From an uncultured Algibacter sp. (GTDB taxonomy: Bacteria > Bacteroidota > Bacteroidia > Flavobacteriales > Flavobacteriaceae), in assembly GCA_937958265.1 (NCBI GenBank), contig CALGNX010000004.1, forward strand, positions 2,063 to 66,062: DNA of 64,000 nucleotides, read 5' to 3'. The notes below the pieces were generated by a model. The model saw only the letters and a list, made by a program, of their open reading frames with translations. It did not search any database and was not told the origin of the DNA. Position numbers and translations under genes: made by a program. The stretch's first letter is position 1, and each line of letters begins with the position of its first letter. This document shows, one piece after another, positions 29,666-39,428 of this stretch.

Positions 29666-30931
29666 ATGAAAGCAGAAAAACAAACCTTTTTTCCAAGTAT
29701 AGAAAATGTTAAAGCCGCCGCTGAAACTATTAAAAAGGTTTCGCTAGTAACGCCATTAAGTAAAAGCTTAAGATATTCTAAGCAGTTTGAATCTAATATT
29801 TTTTTTAAACGGGAGGATTTACAGGTTGTACGCTCTTATAAAATACGCGGTGCCTACAATAAAATTAGTTCTTTATCAGCAAGTGAGTCTCAAAACGGTG
29901 TGGTTTGTGCTAGTGCAGGAAACCATGCGCAGGGTGTAGCGTTATCCTGTAAATTATTAGAAATTAAAGGTACTATTTATATGCCGGCCCCAACGCCTAA
30001 CCAAAAAATAGAACAGGTTAGAATGTTTGGAGAGCACTTTATAGATATTAAATTAGTAGGCGATACGTTTGATGATGCTTATGATGCAGCAATTTTAGAG
30101 TGCAACGAGCTTGGTAAAACATTTATTCACCCCTTTAATGACGCAAAGGTTATTGAGGGGCAAGCGACCATTGGTTTGGAAATTTTACAACAAACAAAGG
30201 TGCCTATCGATTATGTTTTTATTGCAGTTGGTGGTGGCGGTTTAGCCTCTGGTTTATCTACCGTTTTTAAGGAGTTATCTCCAAATACTAAAATTATTGG
30301 GGTAGAGCCAAGTGGTGCAGCATCTATGTCTACTTCATTAAAAAACAATAAAAATACAATGCTAAACTCTATTGATAAGTTTATTGATGGTGCTGCTGTT
30401 AAACGTGTTGGGGATTTAAATTTTTCTATTTGTCAAGCTAATTTGGATGATATGGTGACTATACCAGAAGGTAAGGTTTGTGAGACCATTCTAGAGCTTT
30501 ATAATAAAGATGCTATTGTGGTTGAGCCAGCAGGTGCGTTAAGTATTTCTGTATTGAATCTTTTTGCAGAAGCCATTAAAGGAAAAAATGTAGTTTGTGT
30601 TGTTAGTGGTAGTAATAATGATATTACTAGAACTGCCGAAATTAAAGAGCGCGCTTTGTTGTCTGCTAATTTAAAACATTATTTTATCGTCAAATTCCCC
30701 CAACGTGCAGGTGCGTTAAAGGAATTTGTAGTGGATATTTTGGGTGAAAACGATGATATAACTTATTTTCAATATGCAAAAAAAACAAATCGTGAAAACG
30801 GCTCTGCGGTAGTTGGTATCCAACTAAAATCAGCTTCAGATTTAAAACCTCTTGTAGCTAAAATGAAGAAACAGAATTTTTATGGTGATTATTTAAATGA
30901 TAAACCAGATTTGTTTCAGTTTTTAGTTTAA
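29666..30931 (+). CDS. ilvA: Threonine ammonia-lyase (biosynthetic threonine dehydratase)
   Basis: The PLP-lysine motif is SYKIRGAYN, with GNHAQG also present. A C-terminal ACT-like regulatory domain is present. Confidence 0.9.
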   Translation: MKAEKQTFFPSIENVKAAAETIKKVSLVTPLSKSLRYSKQFESNIFFKREDLQVVRSYKIRGAYNKISSLSASESQNGVVCASAGNHAQGVALSCKLLEIKGTIYMPAPTPNQKIEQVRMFGEHFIDIKLVGDTFDDAYDAAILECNELGKTFIHPFNDAKVIEGQATIGLEILQQTKVPIDYVFIAVGGGGLASGLSTVFKELSPNTKIIGVEPSGAASMSTSLKNNKNTMLNSIDKFIDGAAVKRVGDLNFSICQANLDDMVTIPEGKVCETILELYNKDAIVVEPAGALSISVLNLFAEAIKGKNVVCVVSGSNNDITRTAEIKERALLSANLKHYFIVKFPQRAGALKEFVVDILGENDDITYFQYAKKTNRENGSAVVGIQLKSASDLKPLVAKMKKQNFYGDYLNDKPDLFQFLV

Positions 30932-31085
30932 ATAAAATAACGGTTTAATATTAATATGTTTTAATGTATTTCATAAAAGTAGCTACGCCTATATTTAAGC
31001 ATTTTATCTTGGTTAAAACACAGGTTTTGTAGTGCGTAAATTTTAACATATAAATTGATTTTTATATTTTTATAATAAAAAAAAC

Positions 31086-31592
31086 ATGAAAGCAATTAAG
31101 ATTATTTTCCTAGCAATTTTATCAATATCCATGGTAGCTTGTGGAGGGAAAGAAGAAAAGAAGAAAAAAGGTTTTAGTTACGAGAAAAAGGCAAGTACAC
31201 CTGAAAAAGTAGAGAACAATCCTAACAATGTTGTTATTACTGCAAATGACGCTATGGCCTTTAATAAAAAAGAAATTAAGGTTGAAGCTGGAAAAAAAGT
31301 TAAAATTACTTTAAGGCATATTGGTAAAATGGATATTAATGTCATGGGCCATAATTTTGTTTTACTTAAAAACGGCGTTGATTTAATTGCTTTTGGAAAT
31401 AGTGCAGCATCAGCAAGAGCTAATAATTATATTCCAAAAGGTACTAAAGAGGTTATAGCTCATACGAAATTAATTGGTGGTGGCGAAACTGCTGTTATAG
31501 AGTTTGATGCACCTGTAGCTGGGACTTACGATTTTTTATGCAGTTTTCCTGGTCATTATGCAATTATGAAAGGTAAATTTATTGTAGAGTAA
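31086..31592 (+). CDS. Azurin-type blue copper protein (lipoprotein)
   Basis: The lipobox is ISMVACGG. The copper ligands sit in canonical azurin spacing, with MGHNFV (His) and CSFPGHYAIMKG (Cys, His, Met). Confidence 0.85.
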   Translation: MKAIKIIFLAILSISMVACGGKEEKKKKGFSYEKKASTPEKVENNPNNVVITANDAMAFNKKEIKVEAGKKVKITLRHIGKMDINVMGHNFVLLKNGVDLIAFGNSAASARANNYIPKGTKEVIAHTKLIGGGETAVIEFDAPVAGTYDFLCSFPGHYAIMKGKFIVE

Positions 31593-31759
31593 TCTTTAAA
31601 TAAACAAAACTCAGTTTAATTTTTATTGGATTTTTTTTATTTGAGTCCTGCTGTTCCAAACTATGTCATTTCTTAAAAAAAATGGGTATAAAAATTTACT
31701 TATTGTGCTTATTTTAATCGTTTTGTAGTGTTTTATTATAATTTAAAATCAATTTAGCT

Positions 31760-32392
31760 TTATTTTAAAGCATACACCTTTCCGCTAGTAGCTTTGTCAA
31801 CAGATATGCATCCTTTTTGCACTCCTGGAATAGGGTCGTAGGCTAGAATATTTTCTCCAATTTTTTCAGAAGTAAAATAGCCAAATAGTGTGTATCGTTT
31901 AACGGATAGTAGAAATTTGTATAATTTGTAATTTTCTAATTCATCCTTTTTTATATTTTTGATTCTAAGTCTTTGGCGATTTAAAATAATTTTAGAGGCC
32001 TCACTCGAAATATTAAAGTAGTTGCTTAATAGTAAAACAAAGTTTTCTTTATCTCCGTTTATGGCTTCCAGGTTAAAAGTCTCCATGAATTTTCTAGAAA
32101 AAATAGCTGCGCCATCTCTAAATAGTTTTTTGTTGGCCGCGTTTTCAATGTCATGATACATGAGATCCAAGAATTGAGGAACATTTACGTCTAATGCGCC
32201 AGGTGTAGCAGTGGTAGGTAATATAATATCTGCTAAGTGGGTAACAATGTGTTTTTCTTCCTTAGATAGAAAATGAGGCGTCCAACTGTTTGTTTCAGTT
32301 TTACAGGACGATAGCATGTGCGATATAGTTGGTATGGTAACCGTATAGCCTAGTGCTTTAGTTAAATTTTTTAAGGCAGTTCTTCTATCCAT
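31760..32392 (-). CDS. Gluconate 2-dehydrogenase subunit 3 family protein (Tat-signal small subunit)
   Basis: I chose the start at MDRRTALKNL (a twin-arginine-like signal), 4 nt after the stop of the upstream GMC gene. It is about 210 aa, which is typical of this family. Confidence 0.75.
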   Translation of the reverse strand: MDRRTALKNLTKALGYTVTIPTISHMLSSCKTETNSWTPHFLSKEEKHIVTHLADIILPTTATPGALDVNVPQFLDLMYHDIENAANKKLFRDGAAIFSRKFMETFNLEAINGDKENFVLLLSNYFNISSEASKIILNRQRLRIKNIKKDELENYKLYKFLLSVKRYTLFGYFTSEKIGENILAYDPIPGVQKGCISVDKATSGKVYALK

Positions 32393-32396
32393 AACT

Positions 32397-34124
32397 TTAA
32401 ATATTATTGCTTTTTTTAAATTGGGAAGCTGCAAAATTGGCTGCTCGTGCTGTAATGGCCATATATGTTAAGGAAGGGTTCTGGCAGGCAGATGAGGTCA
32501 TGCAGGCGCCATCTGTAACATAAACATTTGGTACGGCATGTATTTGGTTATGTTTGTTTAGTACAGATGTTTTCGGGTTGCGACCCATTCTTGCTCCACC
32601 CATTTCATGAATTGCTAATCCTGGTGTGCTTTTAAAATTATGGCCTTTTACATTTTTAAATCCTGCAGCTTTAAGCATAGCAATAGCTTCTTTCTCTATA
32701 TCAGCTTTAATTTTTAATTCATTTTCTCTAAAGGTTACATGGAAATCTACAGTTGGCAAGCCCCAAGCGTCTAATTTTTTATAATTTAGTTCTATTCTAT
32801 TGTCATGGTAGGGCAGGCATTCACCGTAACCAGTCATGCCAATTCGCCATTTTCCTGGTTTCATTAATGCCTCTTTTAAATCTTCACCATAACTTAACTC
32901 ACCAACAGCACTTTTCCAATTTGTACGACTAGCCCCACCTTGAAACCCGTAGCCACGTAAAAAATGTTTTTCTTTTGTTTTTTCGTTAATATTTTTAAAA
33001 CGCGGAATATAAAAGCCATTAGGTCTGCGTCCTTTGTAGTACATATCCTCAAAACCTTCAACGGTTGCAGAAGCACCAGATTTTGAAGTGTGATCCATAA
33101 TGTTGTGCCCGAGTTCTCCGCTATCATTACCCAATCCGTTAGGAAAACGTTCAGATTTAGATTGCATTAATATACTGGTAGATCCTATGGTAGATGCACA
33201 GCTAAAAATTATAGTGCCTTTAAAAAATATTTTTTCCTTAGTCTCAGCATCAATAATGCGAACCCCTGTGGCAAGACCTTTTTTATCGTCGTATACAATC
33301 TCGTAAGCTATGGAATTGTGTCGAAGGTGCATATTACCTGTGCGTTCTGCAGCAGGTAATGTGGAGGAGTTACTGCTAAAATAACCTCCAAAAGGGCAGC
33401 CTCTAACACATCGGTTTCTAAACTGGCAGTTGGACCGTCCTTCATGCATGGCATTTCCTGTTTTATGAGCAGCCCTGCCAATAGTTAATATACGATCATT
33501 AAAATTATCTTTTATTTTTTTTTGTAGTTCTATTTCCACGCAATTTAATTCCATGGGTTTAGTTAGTTTTCCGTCTGGTAATTGGTGAAGCCCTAGATTT
33601 TGTCCAGATACACCAATAAAAGTTTCTACTTTATCATACCAAGGAGAAATATCTTTGTAGCGTATTGGCCAATCGACACCGTATCCGTCGTTTTTATTAG
33701 CTTCAAAGTCCAGATCGCTTAAACGGTACGATTGTCTTGCCCACATAAGAGATCGTCCGCCAACGTGGTAGCCTCGAATCCAACTAAACGGTTTTGGTTC
33801 GTTATAAGGATGTTTATGGTCATCTACAAACCAATGTTGGCTAGCAGGTTTTACTATATAAGATTTATTTTGCTTAGGTTGCTTTTTAACATCTTCAGGA
33901 TTTTTTGTGCCTCTATATTTTTCGTCCCAAGGATCTTGGTACATTGTTGGGTAATCTTCTATATGTTTTACCAAGCGTCCGCGATCTAAAACCAAAGTTT
34001 TTAATCCATTTTCGCAAAGTTCTTTTGCTGCCCAACCTCCGCTAATACCTGTGCCAATTACAATGGCATCGTATTGTGTTGGGTGTTCTATTATATCTTC
34101 TTTAGTCATTTTTTTATTTATCAA
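32397..34124 (-). CDS. GMC family FAD-dependent oxidoreductase
   Basis: The FAD motif is YDAIVIGTGISGGWAAKEL. The C-terminal GMC signature region reads HEMGGARMG...NVYVTDGACMTSSACQNPSLTYMAITARA. Confidence 0.88.
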   Translation of the reverse strand: MINKKMTKEDIIEHPTQYDAIVIGTGISGGWAAKELCENGLKTLVLDRGRLVKHIEDYPTMYQDPWDEKYRGTKNPEDVKKQPKQNKSYIVKPASQHWFVDDHKHPYNEPKPFSWIRGYHVGGRSLMWARQSYRLSDLDFEANKNDGYGVDWPIRYKDISPWYDKVETFIGVSGQNLGLHQLPDGKLTKPMELNCVEIELQKKIKDNFNDRILTIGRAAHKTGNAMHEGRSNCQFRNRCVRGCPFGGYFSSNSSTLPAAERTGNMHLRHNSIAYEIVYDDKKGLATGVRIIDAETKEKIFFKGTIIFSCASTIGSTSILMQSKSERFPNGLGNDSGELGHNIMDHTSKSGASATVEGFEDMYYKGRRPNGFYIPRFKNINEKTKEKHFLRGYGFQGGASRTNWKSAVGELSYGEDLKEALMKPGKWRIGMTGYGECLPYHDNRIELNYKKLDAWGLPTVDFHVTFRENELKIKADIEKEAIAMLKAAGFKNVKGHNFKSTPGLAIHEMGGARMGRNPKTSVLNKHNQIHAVPNVYVTDGACMTSSACQNPSLTYMAITARAANFAASQFKKSNNI

Positions 34125-34462
34125 TTTAAAAAGCTTTAAAATAGTATTAATTTGATAAGTTATTATGCTAAAATAAGAGAAATTAATAAAAAGTATGATT
34201 TGTTTTAGTACTTTAAAAGCTAATATGTGTGTTTATTAAGTTTTATAAAAAAAATAATTCATGCATTTGAAATGTAGTCTAGTCTAGGGAAAGTAATAGA
34301 GTTTTTTAGTGTTAGGTAATTGTTTCTTTTGTTTCGATGAACATTATTAAAGGTATTTAAGAGTATTTGCTTTGATTTTTCTAGGGAAAAAACAAACTGC
34401 AGTAAAATAAAAAGTATATTGGATTAAATAAGTAATTTATAGAAATAACGCGTTTAGGATAT

Positions 34463-35441
34463 ATGGGAAAGTGTTTGTTTGTTTTACTTGTAATTTGTTG
34501 CTTTTTTTCATGTGCTATACGCGGCTGTGCAAAAAAACAAATTAAAGTGCTTATTATCGATGGGCAAAATAACCATGTTGTTTGGCCAAAATCTACTATT
34601 ATGATGAAGCAGTATTTGGAAGAAACTAATAAATTTAAAGTAGATGTAGCGCGTACGCAATTTTTAAATAGAAGTGAAGTGTTTAAAAAATGGTTGCCCT
34701 TTGCTAATGTGCCGCAAGGTATTGAGGGAGAGCCTAAAAGAGATTCCAGTTTTAATCCCGATTTTTCCAAATACGATGTTGTAATTTCTAACTTTGGTTG
34801 GCAGGCTGCATCTTGGCCAAAAAAGACGAAAGCTAAGTTTGAAAATTATATAAAAAATGGTGGTGGTTTTGTTACTGTTCATGCGGCTAATAATAGTTTT
34901 CCTAAGTGGAAAGCTTATAATAATATTATAGGTGTTGGGGGCTGGGGCGGTAGGAACGAGAAAGATGGTCCTTATGTATATGTGGATAAAAATAATAATA
35001 TTATAAGAGATAACACCTCTGGTCTTGCAGGTAAGCATGGCAAAAAAGAAGCGTTCCAGGTTGCTATTTTAAATACTGATCACCCAATAACTAAAGGGTT
35101 GCCACCAGTGTGGATGCATGCTACCGATGAGTGTTATGCTTTGTTAAGGGGGGGCTGCTAAAAATATGACTATTTTGGCAACGGCAGTATCATCAATAAA
35201 AGATCCTAAATTAGAGCAAAAGGAACCCGTTGTAATGGTTATTAATTATGGGAAAGGACGTGTTTTTCATACCACATTGGGTCACGATACAGAGGCTTTT
35301 GAGTGTGTTGGGTTTATTACATTATTAAAAAGGGGAGTAGAGTGGGCTGCTAAAGGCGAAGTTACACAATTAGGTTTGCCTCAGGATTTCCCTTCGGCCA
35401 ATAGTGTGTCTTCTAGAGTTTTTGTGTATAACAATAAATAG
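34463..35441 (+). pseudogene. ThuA (trehalose utilisation) domain protein, disrupted by a frameshift in a G7 homopolymer
   Basis: The two adjacent ORFs (34463-35161 and 35166-35441) are the N- and C-terminal parts of one ThuA domain. Removing one G from the run at 35148-35154 gives ...ALLRGAAKNMTILATA...YGKGRVFHTTLGHD in a single frame. Confidence 0.75.
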
Positions 35442-36054
35442 TGTTTAAATTTTAGTAATACAGTTTATTATCAAATAAAGGGTATTGTTTTCTGCGCTCT
35501 CTGGTTTGTTATTTGACTAACAAAAACAAATAATGTTATAAGGAATCTGCATGATTTTTAGTTAAATGTTCGGTATTAACTGTTTTGACTATAAAGTTAA
35601 ATATTTGTAGAATTCGTGATTAAAACTTGTTTAAATCATTTTTGCTTTAAAAATTTAGGAAAAAACATTAAATTAAAAAGCTGATCGCGTTTTTATTTTT
35701 TCGTTTTTAATAGTGTAAAATGCATAATTAATTGTAGTTTTACAAGTGGTATTAACGAAAGGGGCTTACGCCGACGATTTAGAGTTAATAGTTAAGGTCG
35801 TTATTCAGTGAAAACAGAAAACAACATACCTTTTATCTCTTCTTATTTAGTTTTTAAAAAACTAAATTGTTAGTTGTGCGCTCTACTTAAGCATGTCTTT
35901 ATATATTATGTGCTTTGCCAAAGTAATTTACTTTTTTTTCGTTACATACTTTTAATGTTAGTTGTACTTATTTAGGTGCAAAAAAATGGTTAGGGCCATT
36001 AGTTTGGTTTTTTAGTTAAAATATACCTAACGGTGTAATAAATTCGATGCAATA

Positions 36055-36609
36055 TTGGAGACGGATATTTTGAGTGTTATTGAAAGTGCCGAGACATTCT
36101 GTAGAGAAGAATCTATTGAAATAAAGCTGGTTTATAAGCTTTCAGGTAAAACATTGGAGATTATATCAGAGCGCTCCAAAGTGCTTAATACGCTGTATTT
36201 TGTAAATACGGATATGCTTAAAAATCGTTCGGAAAATGGTTGTTTCATAATGAAAAAGAATAACGAAATTTGTGGGCATATTTTTGTGCATGAGCACTTG
36301 GTTAAAGGGCATTCGGTTTTTGAAAGAACATCACTATGGGTAAACCCAGAGTATCGCAATTATAATCTTGGTCTTTTGTTAATGTCGAAAATGACCGAGT
36401 TGTTTTCCGATACTTTTCTTATTTCTATAGCGCAAACACCTAAAGTGCATTATTACAATGAATTACTAGGGATGCACCATGTGACCTTATCTAAAATGTC
36501 TGTAGGTTTAGTGGAGGAATTAGAAAAATTAGGAAAATTGCGAGACGAGCTTAACTACCGATACTACGTAAACGATTGTTTTAAGTCTGAAATTGGACAA
36601 TTAAAGTGA
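36055..36609 (+). CDS. GNAT-like N-acyltransferase, first gene of the arg cluster
   Basis: The segment LWVNPEYRNYNLGLLLMSKM resembles GNAT motif A. The position matches the acyltransferase that heads Bacteroidota arg clusters. The start is uncertain because the TTG at 36055 is the only start that gives the full ORF. Confidence 0.5.
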   Translation: METDILSVIESAETFCREESIEIKLVYKLSGKTLEIISERSKVLNTLYFVNTDMLKNRSENGCFIMKKNNEICGHIFVHEHLVKGHSVFERTSLWVNPEYRNYNLGLLLMSKMTELFSDTFLISIAQTPKVHYYNELLGMHHVTLSKMSVGLVEELEKLGKLRDELNYRYYVNDCFKSEIGQLK

Positions 36610-36684
36610 ATTTATATTAAAAAAAGAAGTTGTAATTTAAAAATAGATTACCGCTTTCGCGGAAATGAAAAAAAATAGTTTTTA

Positions 36685-37863
36685 ATGAAAAAATTAGTAA
36701 TAGCATACAGTGGCGGATTAGATACTTCATATTGTGCAGTCAGTTTGTCAAAAACTTACGATGTACACGCAGTAAGTGTTAATACAGGAGGTTTTACAGA
36801 TGAAGAAATAAAGCATATAGAAGCTAATGCTTATAAAATGGGCGTGTCAACTTACAAAAATATTGATGCTATTTCTACATTTTACCAAAAAGTGGTTAAG
36901 TATTTAATATACGGTAATGTATTGAAAAATAATACTTACCCACTTTCGGTTAGTGCCGAGCGTATTATTCAAGCTATTGAAATTGTAGAGTATGCAAAAA
37001 GTATTGGGGCAGAATATATTGCTCATGGAAGTACGGGAGCTGGCAATGACCAAGTGCGTTTTGATATGATTTTTCAAACCTTAGCACCAGGTATAACTAT
37101 CATCACGCCTATAAGAGACCAAAAATTAACTAGACAAGAGGAAATAGATTATTTAAAATCTGAGGGTATTGATATGCCTTGGGAGAAATCGAAATACTCT
37201 GTTAATAAAGGGCTTTGGGGAACAAGTGTTGGAGGTGTAGAGACTTTAAAATCTGAGAAACCTTTACCTAGTGAGGCGTACCCGTCTCAATTACAAAAGG
37301 AAGGCGAAGAAAAGGTGACTTTAACGTTTAAATATGGCGAATTTGTAGCTTTAAATGGCCAGGAAAATGTGCCAGAAGTTAATATTGAGCTATTAAATAA
37401 TTTAGCGTCAGCCTTTGCAATTGGTAGAGATATTCATGTTGGTGATACTATTGTTGGTACAAAAGGCCGTGTGGGTTTCGAGGCTGCTGCCGCTTTAATA
37501 ACAGTAAAAGCACACCACTTGTTAGAAAAACACACATTAACAAAATGGCAGCTACAACACAAGGAATATTTGTCTAGTTTTTACGGCATGCATTTGCATG
37601 AAGGTCAGTATTTGGATCCTGTTATGAGAGATATTGAAGCTTTTTTACAAAGTTCGCAAAATATGGTTTCTGGTGATGTAGTGGTAAGTTTAAAGCCATA
37701 TCACTTCACATTGGATGGTATTGTATCCAAACACGATTTAATGTCTAGTGCGTTTAGTACGTATGGAGAAGAAAATAAAGCTTGGACTGCCGATGATGCA
37801 AAAGGATTTATTAAAATATTAGGAAACCAAAACAAAATTTACAGACAAGTAAATTCGAAGTAA
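36685..37863 (+). CDS. argG: Argininosuccinate synthase
   Basis: The ATP-binding motif AYSGGLDTSY and GSTGAGNDQVRF are present. Confidence 0.93.
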   Translation: MKKLVIAYSGGLDTSYCAVSLSKTYDVHAVSVNTGGFTDEEIKHIEANAYKMGVSTYKNIDAISTFYQKVVKYLIYGNVLKNNTYPLSVSAERIIQAIEIVEYAKSIGAEYIAHGSTGAGNDQVRFDMIFQTLAPGITIITPIRDQKLTRQEEIDYLKSEGIDMPWEKSKYSVNKGLWGTSVGGVETLKSEKPLPSEAYPSQLQKEGEEKVTLTFKYGEFVALNGQENVPEVNIELLNNLASAFAIGRDIHVGDTIVGTKGRVGFEAAAALITVKAHHLLEKHTLTKWQLQHKEYLSSFYGMHLHEGQYLDPVMRDIEAFLQSSQNMVSGDVVVSLKPYHFTLDGIVSKHDLMSSAFSTYGEENKAWTADDAKGFIKILGNQNKIYRQVNSK

Positions 37864-37981
37864 AGGAATACGCGGGCTTTTGTGTTTCGTTAAATTTATA
37901 AAGTTGTTTTTTAAGTGAATTAATTGTAGTCTGATCTGTGAGGTTTTAAAAACAGTTTAGATTTAGAAGAAAAAAGTTAAA

Positions 37982-38965
37982 ATGAAAAACATAAAAGTAG
38001 GTGTTATTGGAGGTGCTGGTTATACAGCAGGTGAGTTAATTAGATTATTAATTAATCACCCAAAAACCGAAATTGATTTTGTGTTCAGTACAAGTAATGC
38101 TGGTAATAAAATAAGCAAGGTTCACCAGGACTTAGTGGGGGCTTTAAATTTAAGGTTTACAGATGAGGTTAACCCAGATGTGGACGTATTGTTTTTATGT
38201 TTAGGGCACGGTAACTCGGTTAAATTTTTGGCAGCAAACAGCTTTTCTAATAATACGAAAATTATCGATTTAGGGAATGATTTTAGATTGAAGCCCGATA
38301 GTGTTTTTAAAGGAAACACATTTGTGTATGGTTTGCCAGAGTTGCAAAAAGAAGCTATTAAAGAAGCTAAATGCATTGCGAATCCTGGTTGTTTTGCTAC
38401 TGCTATTCAGTTGGGGTTATTACCCTTAGCAAGTGCAGGTTTAATACAAAAGGATGTGCACGTAAATGCAGTGACAGGTGCGACTGGTGCAGGAACATCG
38501 TTATCTGGTACTACGCATTATACGTGGCGAGATAATAACTTTTCTTATTATAAGCCCTTTACGCATCAGCATTTAGGGGAGATTAGCCAAACGCTAATGC
38601 AATTGCAAGACGATTTTTCATCGGAGGTTGTTTTTATGCCTAATAGAGGTAATTTTTCTAGGGGTATTTTTGCTACTATCTATACCGATTTTGAAGGTGA
38701 AATAGAAGATGCAAAGGCGCTTTATGAAACATTTTATAAGGATGCTAAGTTTACTTTCTTAGCAGACGATTTTTTACACATGAAGCAAGTGGTAAATACA
38801 AATAAATGTTTGATACATTTACATAAACATAATAATAAATTATTAATAACAAGTGTTATTGATAATTTATTAAAAGGCGCTTCAGGGCAGGCTATTCAAA
38901 ACATGAATTTAATGTTTGGTTTGGAAGAGTCAACGGGGTTGCAATTAAAAGCAACTTATTTTTAA
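37982..38965 (+). CDS. argC: N-acyl-gamma-glutamyl-phosphate reductase
   Basis: GVIGGAGYTAGELIRLL and the catalytic cysteine motif ANPGCFATA are present. Confidence 0.93.
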   Translation: MKNIKVGVIGGAGYTAGELIRLLINHPKTEIDFVFSTSNAGNKISKVHQDLVGALNLRFTDEVNPDVDVLFLCLGHGNSVKFLAANSFSNNTKIIDLGNDFRLKPDSVFKGNTFVYGLPELQKEAIKEAKCIANPGCFATAIQLGLLPLASAGLIQKDVHVNAVTGATGAGTSLSGTTHYTWRDNNFSYYKPFTHQHLGEISQTLMQLQDDFSSEVVFMPNRGNFSRGIFATIYTDFEGEIEDAKALYETFYKDAKFTFLADDFLHMKQVVNTNKCLIHLHKHNNKLLITSVIDNLLKGASGQAIQNMNLMFGLEESTGLQLKATYF

Positions 38966-39000
38966 AAAGGTGTTGTTGTTTTTAAGCTTTTAGTAATACC

Positions 39001-39153
39001 AAATATGATTTAAAATTAGGCTAAAGAACTTGAATTATATCGTACCTACATGAGAAATAAAATCAAAGTATAGCCTTAGCTACGCTTTTATTTTGAAATA
39101 GAGGTGTGATAGATAACGCGTTATTAGCCTTCTTTTATATTTTAATTGGTATA
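39001..39153 (+). repeat. AT-rich dispersed intergenic repeat, family B, copy 2
   Basis: It shows about 90% identity by eye with 3801-3956 in the same orientation, with a 1-nt indel near the 5' end and a 3-nt indel at TAGCCTT(CCT)AGCTACG. Confidence 0.8.
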
Positions 39154-39238
39154 AGATTTTACTAAGTTTTTAAATAAAACTTACTCGGTTTTAAGTAGTG
39201 GTGTGTAATTAGGAATTTTGGTTAGCGTACTAGTGTTT

Positions 39239-39333
39239 TTGCGTTAGGGATTGCAGCGGAAAGCCCACAGCCCGACTTTTGGAGGTGCGCGGACTTGGAG
39301 CGTAAAGCCCGACCCTTGTGGTAACGCCCAAAT
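39239..39333 (+). repeat. GC-rich dispersed intergenic repeat, family A, copy 2 (95 bp)
   Basis: It aligns to 9130-9227 with a handful of substitutions and one 3-nt indel. It lies 85 nt downstream of family B copy 2, inside the argC-proC gap. Confidence 0.85.
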
Positions 39334-39428
39334 AATACTACTAAACCTGCTGCTTTTGTTAATTAAAATATATAAATTGTAAAAACCTTTTTAGTAAAGG
39401 TGTTTTAATGAAGTTTTAAAATAGAAAA

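Noticed and set aside
34381-34770. A 129-aa minus-strand ORF overlapping the ThuA start.
   Set aside because: It has a hydrophobic low-complexity translation with no recognisable domain, and it is antisense to a well-supported ThuA N-terminus. It is probably spurious.
35714-35744. A dyad (TGTAAAA-N17-TTTTACA with central AATTAATT), plus an AT-only palindrome at 35846-35866, upstream of the arg cluster, considered as possible ArgR operators.
   Set aside because: They do not match the ARG-box consensus I know (TGAAT-AT-rich-ATTCA). They lie about 200-330 nt from the first gene. AT-only palindromes are also expected by chance in this AT-rich spacer.
35757-35800. A locally GC-richer patch (GGGGCTTACGCCGACG) vaguely resembling part of family A (GGGCTTTACG).
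   Set aside because: The similarity covers about 9 nt only and has no flanking conservation.
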